Source of the DNA: Antedon mediterranea
Lineage: Eukaryota > Animalia > Echinodermata
Reading direction: 5' to 3'
DNA: 64,000 nt
Assembly (NCBI RefSeq): GCF_964355755.1
Contig: NC_092678.1
Span: 6,650,422 to 6,714,421 of the forward strand
Position numbers and translations under genes: made by a program. The notes beneath the pieces are model-generated. The model ran no database searches. It worked only from the letters and a program-made list of their open reading frames with translations, and had not been told where the DNA came from. Of this stretch, positions 40,601 through 53,387 are shown in pieces (position 1 is the first letter of the stretch; each line of letters starts with the position of its first letter).

Positions 40601-41706
40601 TCACAACTTTTGTTCTCAAATTTTTCAACATAGATATGTCCTTGTCCGGTAGACTGAAGTTGGAGATCTTGAAAAATTATATTAATTTTTATGCAATATA
40701 ATATTTAGTATGAAATTATATCGTTCAAAAAATGATCAGATGTTTTACAGTAGAATCTGCCTATTTATGGGACACTTCCTACTGTATGAAATAATATGAG
40801 GCGAAATATATATTTTAACACTGAAATCAACCCTTGTTTAGAGGAAACCCATATTAAGGGCCATGAAATAAGTGAGGGGATATGTTTTATAATACTGTAC
40901 CAACCCTTATTCAGCGAATCTCCTATTGAGGGGGCATTATCTCATGAAACAAACGAATGCAAGGTTTTAACACTACGATCCACCTCTATTTGGGTAACTT
41001 CCTAGCATAAGGGGACAATTTGTTGGCGCCAAAGGTGTTTTGTTAATAAACATTTAAAAATTAATTACTTACCGAAGCTCATTGGAACTTCAACATACCA
41101 GCCAAGATTAAGTGAATGTTTCTGAAATTCCTCAGCACATTCATTGTCCAAAAAGTCACCTTTAATCGCAAGAACTTCATCATCTCCATTGTAGTCAACA
41201 TCAGTCGAACATGAATCACGAAATGTATGATTGATAAAATCTGGCAGACTATCACCAGCTATTGGTGACCGTAAAAGCAAGTGTACAAATATTCTATCTG
41301 CTGACGGGAACTCAATTGGGTTGAGCGGAACGACTCGCATCGGAAAACTTGTATTGCTGATAAGTTTACCAAATGGATTATCCAGCTCAAATGCCCAAGA
41401 CCGAATTTTAGCAGTTTGTTGGTCATCATTAGCTAAGTTAGTGCTGCTAGCGAACGACCGCACACTAATTCTAACTAAGTACGCATCACGTACTCTGCTA
41501 GGCCGTAGCATATGGTTGACATGTGGCAGCTGGAACTGCTGCTCCACCGTCCTGCCGCGGGAGGCTGAAAACAATGACCGCGTACATAGGTCTAACCGAG
41601 GCCTAGCCAAAAAGCACTTAGTATTTGTAGAATTATAATCACAAACATACCTCCTCATCGAAATTGGTGACTTTAATTGTCGAAGTACAGGATACAAACG
41701 AAGCAT
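34627..41706 (-). CDS. FAM185A: FAM185A-like protein (DUF4097/adhesin-like beta-solenoid repeats), 457 aa, 7 exons
   Basis: Exons 41706-41073, 40667-40558, 39428-39336, 38374-38194, 36810-36715, 36415-36281, 34751-34627 (1374 nt, phases consistent; intron 2 has a GC donor). Motifs recalled from human FAM185A: W...NPFGKL, PLNPIEFPSADRI, DKIQG, GDI..G.LHG, C-terminal SWFDSL. Arg-rich, acid-poor N-terminus. Confidence 0.88.
34753..35030. repeat. ~93-bp tandem repeat x3 abutting the last FAM185A splice acceptor
   Basis: GAAAAATTGGCACCATGGTATATAATATTATACAAATAATG at ~34754, 34847, 34940. Confidence 0.9.
36475..36625 (+). mobile_element. tRNA-derived SINE remnant
   Basis: TGGTATAATGG A-box, GGGTTCGA B-box, GGCAAGACACTTTAC core-like motif. 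Confidence 0.55.
36955..37090 (+). mobile_element. tRNA-derived SINE with a conserved central domain
   Basis: GGTTCGAATCC B-box followed by TTAGGCAAGATACTTTAC...TGCCTCTCTCCATCCAGTTGTATAAATGGGTAC, typical of metazoan core-domain SINEs. Confidence 0.65.
38424..38696. mobile_element. MITE in FAM185A intron 3
   Basis: Perfect 20-bp TIR CAGGGGTGGATTGCTATAAA / TTTATAGCAATCCACCCCTG, flanked by TAC...GTA. Confidence 0.85.
39152..39320. mobile_element. Decayed MITE-like element
   Basis: AGTGGCGTGGCT...GGGGCCC at the left end and GGGCC...GTTACACCACTG at the right end. Confidence 0.45.
39827..40355. mobile_element. GC-rich non-autonomous DNA transposon (MITE) in FAM185A intron 2
   Basis: 15-bp TIR CCCCATCTCACTAGA / TCTAGTGAGATGGGG around a GC-rich island in AT-rich intron. 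Confidence 0.8.
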
Positions 41707-43549
41707 TATAGATCTTAGGTCGAAATATATAATTAACAGTTAAAAATAATTATTTTTGTTGACAATCGCTTCCACACATGTGCTGCATGTAAAATTAAAA
41801 CGTGTCAAGTGTTGTGAATTGTGATTAACGAATCTGATTGGTTAAAATCCAACTCAAGTACTGTATAGTACGGTAGCCCATAAGTGCCAAGGCAAAATAT
41901 TCAAAAAATCACGAAAAAGGTACAATTTTAATTAAAACATTGGACACAAAATACGCATGCAGAACTATTTAGTATTTGATTTTTTTTATTCATAGACATC
42001 TGTAACCGTATTATTCGAAAAACCCCCACGGGGTTGGGTATATTATTATTATCTATTCGTAAACACGAAAGAAAACCCCAGAATTTACAGTTGTCAAACG
42101 CGATGAATCACAGTGGAAGGAAACAAAGAAGCTGGGTTCATTATTAGGAGATGCCGTTAATTCAAAGCGTGGGTGTTTATTTGAATAAATACAGTACATT
42201 CATATTTCAACCAATACCAATCAATCAAAATTAATTTATTCCATAAAACTAAGGATATGTACACAAATGTCATTAAAAAGTTATGGAAAAGGGAACTCAA
42301 AATAAACAAAGCTTTTTACTTTAGTCGAGACCCCACCCAAGATAATCAACATTCATGTTTTGTTCAAATCGCACTAGGATTTTTAACACGTGACCTTTTT
42401 ATAGGTTCTACAAACATAGACATTGAAAGTATTCGGTTTTTTTTTATAAAATAGACCACTAGGGTTTTTATAAAAAAAATATTTCAGAGAACTTAACAAC
42501 AATTTACTTACATAATTTACGTACATAATATATACAGTACCACAATTAATAGGCCATATACAACAACGTGATTGGTGATATTTGTTTAGATTGAATACTT
42601 TTTATTACCATTTACTTAAGGTGCATCATCTATGTGTTTCAATTATGCGTTTAAAATATGCACATGAGAGTCTCAATTCAATTTATTTAACCACGGACAG
42701 GAGGCCCAGATCAACACATGGTTGTTCTTCCCTGGGGCCGTGCATATACACAACAAAAATTCAACAATGTTTTTACAATTTCTTACCTCAATATGCAAGG
42801 CTAGGTTTTCACGCTGCTGCTCTAGCCCGCTACGTCACACGAGATGACTCATTAATTAGATGAAATCAAGCAGCAGTTATAGTACTACACTTTGACATTT
42901 TTGTTAAAATGGAAACTCCACTATAATTTATAGGTAGCAGCTGCATTTCTGGTATTTATGAGTCCCATGACAATACTGTATTTCGCTGTCAGATAATCAT
43001 TGAATTATTATCAAAACAGTCCATGAAAGTTTTTGTTTGTAATATGATACTTCACACTTGAAGTATCTAAGGCGGGATGAAGTGACCCCCAGACTTGACC
43101 TTAGCAATAAAATAAACTAAATTGAGTCTGTTTCATATCAAAGTTATTCACTTCTGTAACAAAATTCACATTATAGAAGGAGAAAAGAAACGTTTAATTA
43201 TAACTCAAAAACCACATTGTCTGACAGTATTTTTTTATTTTAATTACATTTGTTTCAGGTAAAATAACTATTACTGTATGTGACAATAAAATGACACATT
43301 CAAAAACAAATTTGAAATAAAAAATATTTTTCAGAGGGACAATATATCTTTAAAACTGTTACGTCAATAAGCGAGCAGCGTTTTTTGTAAGAAATATTTC
43401 TTGTTTATATTCAGTCTTAGAAAAGGCGGAACAACATTTAAGTAACTATGCCTAGAGTGGAATGTATCATTACAAAATTTAAATATATTATTTACTTTAG
43501 TTAGGAGTTAAATTATGAAGAATGTTATATACAAGTATAAGATTATTTA

Positions 43550-44180
43550 CAGTTTGCATTTTCACATAGGACCCGTGAACAGGAACAGGTTGAGAATATG
43601 CACCCCAGTTGCTCTGAACCACCATGTGCAGTTTGCATTTCACATAGGACCCGTGAACAGGAACAGGTTGAGAATATGCACCCCAGTTGCTCTGAACCAC
43701 CATGTGCAGTTTGCATTTCACATAGGACCCGTGAACAGGAACAGGTTGAGAATATGCACCCCAGTTGCTCTGAACCACCATGTGCAGTTTGCATTTCACA
43801 TAGGACCCGTGAACAGGAACAGGTTGAGAATATGCACCCCAGTTGCTCTGAACCACCATGTGCAGTTTGCATTTCACATAGGACCCGTGAACAGGAACAG
43901 GTTGAGAATATGCACCCCAGTTGCTCTGAACCACCATGTGCAGTTTGCATTTCACATAGGACCCGTGAACAGGAACAGGTTGAGAATATGCACCCCAGTT
44001 GCTCTGAACCACCATGTGCAGTTTGCATTTCACATACGACCCGTGAACAGGAACAGGTTGAGAATATGCACCCCAGTTGCTCTGAACCACCATGTAAAGT
44101 TTGCATTTCACATAGGACCCGTGAACAGGAACAGGTTGAGAATATGCACCCCAGTTGCTCTGAACCACCATGTGCAGTTT
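43550..44180. repeat. 78-bp tandem repeat x8, starting at the predicted stop codon of TSR gene A1 (putative 3' UTR)
   Basis: CAGTTTGCATTTCACATAGGACCCGTGAACAGGAACAGGTTGAGAATATGCACCCCAGTTGCTCTGAACCACCATGTG repeated. Confidence 0.97.
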
Positions 44181-45432
44181 ACTTCTTCTCAATAATCTCA
44201 TCTCTGAAAAAAATAAATAAGGAAAACAATAAAAACATTAAATGTTAATGTGGTCCTGTCCAAAATAATAAATAATGTTATGTATGTAAATAATATTGAT
44301 TATATATATTGATATAATAATGCTTAGGTTTGATGTTAAGCTGGGGGTGATTGGATGATGACCACGTGAACAATGATGATGATGAGAAGGGTGGCATTGG
44401 ATGAGGACAATTTGTAATTGCATAGACGCTCCATCACACGCATGTGTGCCACTGTTAAAAAAGGTGAAAATGATGATCAAGCTCAGCAAGTATACTTACT
44501 TGGCACGCCTCTGGTAACAAAATACAGCAAGACAAATGAAGCCTATCAACAAAACTCCTGTACTAACATAAGGGGTTATCAATACTGCTTTTGTCACCAG
44601 CACTTTTCCCTTCAAAGCAACATCGCAACTTTGTTCATTCGTATAATTTCCCTTACATTTCGTACCTGCGCATTCAGACTCCCGTACCACATCACGTGAC
44701 CTTACGCGTTTCGTTGCATTTTCACAAGATGACCATTCAGTCCATGTACTCAGTTGACAATCAACATTCTTGCATTCACAGCACTGACCACTAAAGGACT
44801 TTAGACAATCACAACCTTTTTCTGTTAGGGTCCCTTCATTGTAGCAAACGCGGTTGCAGGATCGGTTATCACTGGTTCCTTCGAAGCATAACCCGCACGC
44901 TTCAGTGACGTTCCTGATCCTGAATTGAGTGCCGAATAGACCACATTCGTGTGTACATTCAGACCAATCACCCCAATCACTATACTGGCAGTCACTGTAC
45001 TCCACTTCACATGACTGGTTTTCGAAGGTGATCGAGTTCCAATGGTCTGCATCCAATATCTGTCTCAAGCACATTTCTTACCCTATACCGAGTCCCATTT
45101 TCTCCAAGTTCTTCAGAATGACAGGAGAACCAAACCCCCCATTCAGTGTACGTACAGTCAATGAATTGTTCTATACATGATTGAAATTCAACGATAGGTT
45201 GACAGCATTCAGACGGTTCGTTTTCTCCACGTTCTTGTGAATGACACGCAGACCAATTACTCCAATCAATGTATGTACAATCGCTTTCCGTTTTTGTTGC
45301 TTTAGCTTTCCCTGAGAAAAATCCTCCAAGGAAACCAACTCCTAACAATATTACCAACAAAATTCCTATTCCTACTTTCGTAGTAGTGTCAACGTCTTTA
45401 TTAGGCCTGTCGGTTTCTTTATTATCCGCCAT
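44179..45432 (-). pseudogene. TSR gene A1: N-terminal TM, TSR repeats, EGF-like module, TSR, C-terminal TM; one frameshift near 45030-45060; probable short last exon 44203-44179
   Basis: ORFs 45432-45007 and 45074-44496 join, by homology to 62117-61212, into one protein with WxxWxxC and RxR motifs. Donor AA|gtaagt at 44500 and acceptor tttcag|A at 44203 give an in-phase ending RAKDEIIEKK*. The frameshift could be an assembly error. Confidence 0.75.
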
Positions 45433-45519
45433 GGTGCAATGAAGTGCGTATAATTACAGGTTAATTCACAATATATTGATGAAGTGTAATGATAATGTGT
45501 GTGTAAACGAACATTAACG

Positions 45520-45570
45520 AGTATTATATACGGTTGATACAGGTTTATTGTTAAAAGGAAATTCCCAGTT
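45520..45570 (-). promoter_or_regulatory. Putative proximal promoter of TSR gene A1: TATA-like TATATAA plus consensus NF-kappaB site GGGAATTTCC (45557-45566)
   Basis: About 95 and 130 bp upstream of the ATG; equivalent motifs at the same position upstream of gene B2. Confidence 0.5.
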
Positions 45571-47767
45571 TGACAAAGATATTACACAATTATAGCAAGA
45601 TCAATGACAGCATCTAAAAATAAATACCATATCACCTGCCAGCGACAATTCTTTTTCTATACAAACGTTTACAATTAAGGAATATTATAAGGAGCCTTTA
45701 TCAATTGTTGTTATTCATGAGTCAAAAAATTGAAAAACCTGATAACTATTAATAGACAAAATGTAATAAAATGTCACTGAACTAGAGGAGAGAAGAGCCT
45801 ATCGACCTACTTATACATGGGTTGACACACCCGGGTTGACATGGGTTCGGTGAGAATTACATTCATGGAAATTGCGGGGTAATAATTGGTCAGGGTAGTT
45901 TGGGGTTTTAATCAATCTTACAGACAAAAAAAACAGATGAATGATTAGTAACTGAGGCAACACTAAAAGTACAGTTTTTGTAAACACAATAATTGATCTC
46001 TTTTCATACATGACATCACACACAGGTCTCATCAAAAATAAATTTCATACAATTATGGACTTCCCTGAAAGAGTGAAATTCCACTCTTCCGTAAAGTAAT
46101 TAGTATTGAGATGGTAAATATTTAATAAGGAGTCAGATTTATTTTATTTTAAAGATGTATATGTAAAACCTGAACAAATGTTTTCACTTATAAAATAACA
46201 AAATAAATTGTTAAATTCAACACAAAAAAAACCCATTGGCTAGCAGCCAATTTGACATTTTTTTGCTTTAAATTACAGTTTTTTTTCAGGTAAAACTTTT
46301 TTTTTCGATCTAATTTTGTGGATAACTATTATATGACATTAAAATGCCATATTCCACAAAAAGGTCAATTTCTAGAAAAATCCGGTGTCATTTCGAAGAC
46401 GCTGCAATCCATTTTTTGTACTACTGAATTCCAACATGACATTTGTCCAGTATCATAGAGATTCTATATTACAGTGTCACATATATTATATCATGAAGTT
46501 TGGCTTATACCCAATGATACAGGCATCACATGTGATATGTGATGCTGTGGTAATGAATTTGCTCTATTGATACAGGAAACAAATATAAAAGTTCTACAAT
46601 ACTAAGCATCGGCTAGATGTATGTTTTGTTTTTGTTTTGTTTGTTTTTTATTATCATAACTACAACAGCACCTGTACCGGTATTTGTTTTTCTATTATGT
46701 TGACATACAAAAGACACAAATAGAAATTTGTGTAATAATACAAAACACTGGGTTTTTACAACATATTTTCAGTACTGACGCAATGATCTAAACACGTTAT
46801 AATTTCTTGTTATTTCTTTTGATGTATTACTATAATAGTAATAATACCATAATTGTATTATGCAAGCCTTTAATCTGTATGTATTATACATAACCTAGCT
46901 TTTAATGTATATTTGTGTATTTAGTTGTAATCTTCTGAATTTGTATAGTATATCTTTTTTTTATATATTTTATGCCAATTTCAAATGAATTTCCATTTAT
47001 ATTTACTACGGACAACAAAATAATATCAGTATCAGTAATAGCAAAATTATAGACCATGATCATTTGAATGACTTGTACATAAAATGAGCATAAAATGGGT
47101 TTGTCAACGTTAACAAACACGTCAACATCACCGAGGAAGTGTTTTGAAAGCCCAAAGTTTTAAATCTATCAAACCAGTTTGACAAAAATGTGTGCTGTGC
47201 CCAAATATGGCAGTGATATGCTTAAACATGGTAGTGATATGTCATCTTGTCCACATGAGCACAAAACATTTTTGTCACATAAAGTTTGTGTAGACAGAGC
47301 TTAATGTTACAATAAAAAAAGAGAAGAGAGAGCATTATAATTCTATAATAACCTTTATTATTCCAACGTATATTACACCTTACAGCATTGTTAGTTGACA
47401 ATAAATGCATCAAAGCGATTCAAACACTTTTGTCCTTTATATTATTTTATAGGTATTTATTCATAAAAAACACATAAATAGTACAAACAGAAGGCAGCCA
47501 ACGGCTGAATAATTCTGCAAACAACGTACAAAGTAAAAATTCAAAAGAATTTATATATACAAGTACACAGTAAATCAAATCATTAAAATGCCGTTAAAAT
47601 TCTTTAAAATGTCAAAAGACCCAAATTCAGTCATAAACCAAGGCATTCGGTAATCATTAATTAATTCGTTATTATTAATGTTATAAACCTACAAAGTTTT
47701 AAACATAAACATATTCTATAACTAAAATAATAATGAATTGTATCTGAAGTAAGTAAACTTAAAGTTA

Positions 47768-48150
47768 GCAATCTAAATAAGGTAATTATATTTCTAAGGA
47801 AGACATTTTTATACAGCAATCTAAATAAGGTAAATATATATTTAAGCAATACATTTTTATACAGCAATCTAAATAAGGTAAATATATATTTAAGCAATAC
47901 ATTTTTATACAGCAATCTAAATAAGGTAAATATATATTTAAGCAATACATTTTTATACAGCAATCTAAATAAGGTAAATATATATTTAAGCAATACATTT
48001 TTATACAGCAATCTAAATAAGGTAAATATATATTTAAGCAATACATTTTTATACAGCAATCTAAATAAGGTAAATATATATTTAAGCAATACATTTTTAT
48101 ACAGCAATCTAAATAAGGTAAATATATATTTAAGCAATACATTTTTATAC
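47768..48150. repeat. 48-bp tandem repeat, ~8 copies
   Basis: AGCAATCTAAATAAGGTAAATATATATTTAAGCAATACATTTTTATAC; single copy in the paralogous region at ~60985-61032. Confidence 0.95.
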
Positions 48151-48890
48151 AAAAAGTGTATAGAGCCTTTTGTTTTATACCGGTATCTATTAATCATTTA
48201 CACACATTTGTTTGTATTGTAGGCATTATCAATTGCTAAAGGTTATGCTAGGCTGGTTGACAGTAATTAATTAATTGAAGCTGATCCTTAATCTGTCTGA
48301 ATTGACGATCAATCTGATAACATATGATAATCTACATGATGATGATGTAGATAATGATGAGGATAATCTGATAATACAATGATGGTGATGATGAAGATGA
48401 TGACGTACCATCGCAATCTGGTTTCTTCGTAGGTATGTTTGTTTGTATTTTTCACGCTGCTGCTCTAGCCCGCTACGTCACACGAGATGACTCATTCATT
48501 AGATGAAATCAAGCAGCAGTATAGTACTACACTTTGACATTTTTGTTAAAATGGAAACTCGACTATAATTTATAGGTACCACCTGTTGAATCCAAAAAAC
48601 GGCTGGGAAAAGAGTCTAATGACAAATCTCAAAGCATTTCTGGTATTTATGAGTCCTATGATATTACTATAATTCACTGTCAGATAATCATTGAATTATT
48701 ATCAAAACAGTCCATTGAAGTTTTTGTTTGTAATAGGATACTTGAAGTATCTAGGCTTGATGAAGTGACCCCAGACTTGACCTTAGCAATAACAATAAGC
48801 AAGCAGCGTTTTTTGTAAGAAATATTCTTGTTTATTTTATGTTTTTAGGCAATGTGGCCAAGGATTACCCATAGTGAATTAATCACTGTC

Positions 48891-49475
48891 TTATCCGATA
48901 GGTGGAAAGATATTACAGCGTCGTCCTTCAACGGGTTGTACCTTGCATAATCCGCAGGTTTCTGTGACGTTCCTGATCCTGAATTGAGTTCCATCACATT
49001 CAGACCAATCACCCCAATCACTATATTGACAGTATTCTACTTCACACGACTGTTCTTCGAAGGTGGGTTGCAATATGCATTCATCTATATCATTCTCAAG
49101 TATGTTCCTACTTCTATACTGAGTTCCGTTTTCTCTACGTTCTTGTGAGTAGCACGGTGACCAAGGACCCCAATCAGTGTATTGACAATCAATGAACTTA
49201 TTACTACATGACTGTAGGTCTACTTCGGTGACATGTTTACTACATCCATTTTGCTGAACAATGTTCCTAACTCGAAATTGAGTTCCATTTTCTCCACTTT
49301 TTTGTGAATGGCATGCGCTCCAGTTACCCCAGTCACTGTACGTACAATCATTTTCCTCCCATGGTTTCCCGCAAAACATTCCTCCAACAAATCCTCCAAC
49401 AAAAACTCCTGCCACAAATAAGAAACATATTCCTGCTTTCTTTAATGTTACATTACTTTTCTTACACTCCTTCAT
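48891..49475 (-). CDS. TSR gene B1: single-exon type II membrane protein with 3 TSR-like repeats, truncated by an insertion (original 3' end stranded at ~48330-48439); may be a pseudogene
   Basis: 194-aa ORF very similar to 62117-61212; GCCATG start context; TATAAA at 49563-49568. Confidence 0.7.
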   Translation of the reverse strand: MKECKKSNVTLKKAGICFLFVAGVFVGGFVGGMFCGKPWEENDCTYSDWGNWSACHSQKSGENGTQFRVRNIVQQNGCSKHVTEVDLQSCSNKFIDCQYTDWGPWSPCYSQERRENGTQYRSRNILENDIDECILQPTFEEQSCEVEYCQYSDWGDWSECDGTQFRIRNVTETCGLCKVQPVEGRRCNIFPPIG

Positions 49476-52355
49476 GGCGTAAAGAAGCTCGATTCACAAA
49501 ATTCAAGCGTAACGTAATAATGTGCAAGTACCACAAGCAGCAGTAAACGATTAATGACAGAGTTTATACGGTGGAAACTGGTTTATTGTTACGCCGACAT
49601 TCCAAATTTGACAAAAATAGTACAGAATTACAATACTTTATTGCAACATCAAATTACGTCATCAAAAAATAAATACCAGCTATACAAATGTTTACAAAAA
49701 AGAAAAATGAAGAAACCTCATTGGCTGTGATTCCCTTCATAAAACGTTGTTTATTAATGAGTTAACAAGTTGAAAACCCTTATTTGTAGACAAAATGAAG
49801 AGGAGAAAGTTACGACTAAGGCATCTTTGTTACGGCCTTTGATAAAGCGTCAGAAAAAGATTTAATACTACACTTCGTTCACCTTTTAAAGTTAAATCTC
49901 TTGAACTCTGCCAAACAATTGATAATTTATTTCAAGAACAACTACAACAAATATTATATAAACAAAAAGATGTATCATCTCCCAAAAACATGAAATGAAC
50001 ATTAATAAAATCAGACTTTCATCAGGTCATTTTGTAGTTTTAAAAAAACACCCAAAGAATAATGTTTGCATTTATAAAAAGACACACAATAAACGGTTAA
50101 ATTCAACCCAAAACCCATTAGCTGACAGGCAATTTGACTATATTTTGCAGATTTTTCAGGTAAATAATTTTGTTTCCCATCCACTTTGTGGTCAAAGTTA
50201 ATAGCTACTTAGTAACACTAAAATGGCTGCGCTTATTCACAACATTTAAATTTTTTATGGGGGACAAAGGGAGAAGGCAGCTCAAATGAGTTATAACTCA
50301 TTGCTTTAGGATGTCACCAAGGTAAGCTTCAGTAATGTAAGCATGCCTTCATAGAACAGAATATTGACAGAAATGTTTAAATACAATATAGTTTGATTTT
50401 AAGAATAACATGTGTATGTTTCTTGCTTAGAAATATATTTACCTTATTGAGATTGCCAACTTTGAGTTTACTTACTTCAGATCCAATACATTATTATTTT
50501 AGTTATAGAATATGTTTTATGCTGAAATATAAAGGACAAAAGTGTTTGAATCGCTTTGATGCATTTATTGTCAACTAACAATGCTGTAAGGTGTACTATA
50601 CGTTGGAATAATAAAGGTTATCAAAAGAAAATAACAAGAAATTAGAACGTGTTTAGATCATTGCGTCAAAATATAGTCAAATTGTCGAAATGTCGTTCTT
50701 TTTTAAGCGTTATTTTTCTATTATGTATAAACATGTATATTGATAGTAAATTGCAAAATGTAGTAAAGAAGGTATGAATTAAACACATTGTAAAAAAAAC
50801 AAAAAATATTATATACTAATTTTATTTGATAGAATGTTTTAATATTTTAAAGAATGTGTACATGTATTTAAAGAAATTATACTGAGTTAAAGCAAGATTG
50901 TAGTATATCACAGGGCGTTTATGATTTCTTCTATGCCTTAAAAAAGTACAGAAAATGTAATAAACAAATGATACAGGCGTTACATGTGATACATATGACA
51001 AGTTGTACGTCGTACATAATTGATACAGGAACAAATATAAAAGGTCTACAATATTAAGAATCGGCTACTAGATGTGGCAATAACATGTAGTGTGTTATTA
51101 TATCTGGTCAGTCAATCATAATAATTATGTTTAACAAGAAATATTTCTTACAAAAAACGCCGCTCGACATTTTAACATTAATCATTGTTCCTTTGATTAA
51201 TTTATGATTAATTATTAAAAAGATGTCCTTTTATCGCAAAAATACATACAAATCACAGATAGTTCTTTAATTATGAATCACATGCCCATTTTTTCACTAG
51301 TTAATTGTATACACAGCATTTGAAAGAAGACATGTGTACCTTTCCAACAATGTATACTAATTCAAAAATGGCATTTAAAATGGTCAATTTTGAACTTCAA
51401 TGTGCTGTAGCCTGTTTGTGTGTGACCTCAACCTGTACAACTGAATACCCTCTAGAGACAACGTGACTTCACGGTGGTACAAGTGAACAGTCTGTTGATT
51501 CGCGTCAACCAATCAAAGGGCGAGAATCCAAAATCGTTCAACCGTGAGCCCTCATAGACTCTCTTTTTTTTACCAGACGTTTTTTGGGTCCAGCAGCTGG
51601 GACCTTTGATACTAAAGCTACCGCTATGAAACAGCTTATTAATGAATATGTCCTACTGGGACATAGCTGGCTAGAGCTGCGGCGCGAAAAAGTTGACAGT
51701 CGAATAAAAGTGAACACGGTACCAAATATATATATTGTTTCGTAATATCATAAGCACAGCAGCACCTATACCGGTATTTGTTTTTCTATTATGTTGGCAC
51801 ACAAAAGACATTAAATAGACATTACAGTGTTATATAATACAAGACACTCTGGGTTTTTACAACATATTTCCAGTACTACGCAATATATATAATGCGACAT
51901 TTACCAAAGACAATAATTAATTAATGACAATAAAAAAATAAAACAACGAAGATGATTCAAACACCACCGCACTGTTCCCCTGCAATTTAAGGCGCAAGGC
52001 CCGCCTAGACAGTATTCACAAGTGCCATAGTGGTGTTTGGCGTCTATGCCTGCAAATGATCTAATACGTTCTAATTTCTTGTTATTTTCTTTGATTTATT
52101 ACCATAATAATATAAGGTTATAGGTCACGATCATTTGAACAACTTGTACATACCATTAGTATAACATGGGTTTGTCAACGTTAACAAACACGACAACCTC
52201 ATCGAGGAAATGTTTTGAAAGTTTTAAAGCTCTGTTTACAAAAAAAAGTGAGATATGCCCAAAAATGGTGACATGCTTAAATATGGAAATGATATGACAT
52301 CATCATGTCCATACATGAGCACACTCACATAAAGTTTGATGTGTAGACGGAGCTT

Positions 52356-53369
52356 CTGATGAGTTCGCTCTACCCTGGGGTGTACCACAGGGATCCGTAA
52401 AAGGTCCACTCGATTTCATCTTATACACTGGACCACTCAACAACATCATTGATTCCCACCCGGAAGTTCGTCATATGATCTATGCAGATGACACTCAACT
52501 ATATTTAATCATGAAACCTACACATCACTCTGAATCTGTTAACAACCTTGAATCATGCATTGCAGATGTTCGCTCATGGGCCATTCCAAAGTTCCGTGAG
52601 GCATCATCATTTCCTTTGGTCCATATCGGAGATACTAGTGTCTCTACCTCCAGCTCAGCCAGAAATCTAGGCGTCCAACTAGACAACAGCCTCGGTTTAA
52701 AAGAACACATTCGTAATGTTTGCCGTGGTGCTTCCTTTGGAATTTACCAGATCGGCCAGATTCGTAAGTACCTTGACAAAACATCAACTGAACGTCTTGT
52801 TCATGCTTTTGTTTCATCTCGTCTGGACTGTAATAACTCGCTTCTGTACGGCCTACCAACTTCTTATCTGTCTCCTCTTCAACGAATCCAAAATTCCGCC
52901 GCAAGACTTATCACTGGCACTAAACGACATGAACATATTTCTCCCGTTTTACGTGACTTACACTGGTTGCCTGTTGATCAGCGCATTCGTTTTAAAATTC
53001 TGTTGCTGACATATAAGGCCATCAACGGATGTGCTCCAGCCTACATATGTGACATCATTACTCCGTCAACCAACTCTTCGCTTCGTTCATCCAGCAGACT
53101 TCTTCTAAAACCTGGACCCCGTTCCAGAACTCGGTTTTACGGTGATCGTGCTTTCGCTGTCGCAGCCCCAAAACTCTGGAACACTCTACCACTCGAAATA
53201 CGCTCATCAAAATCTGTTATCACATTTCAAACTAAACTCAAAACTCATCTCTTCAGAGAAGCATAATCGCACGCTACTACTTGCACTGATCTTGGAAAAC
53301 ACAGCGCTTTGAAACCTTTGTCTCTTGCGCTTTATAAATGTTATTTATTATTATTATTATTATTATTAT
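52356..53369 (+). mobile_element. 5'-truncated L2/CR1-group LINE (RT C-terminus) with (TTA)n tail
   Basis: GVPQGSVKGP, IYADDTQLY, ARNLGV, SRLDCNNSLL, LHWLPV and GDRAFAVAAPKLWN motifs; interrupts a sequence that is contiguous in paralogs (GAGCTT|AATGTTACAATAA at ~47300 and ~60785). Confidence 0.93.
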
Positions 53370-53387
53370 GTTACAATAATAAGAATA

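Noticed and set aside
47661-48197. 178-aa hydrophobic repeat ORF
   Set aside because: Translation of the 48-bp tandem repeat, which is single-copy in the paralogous spacer
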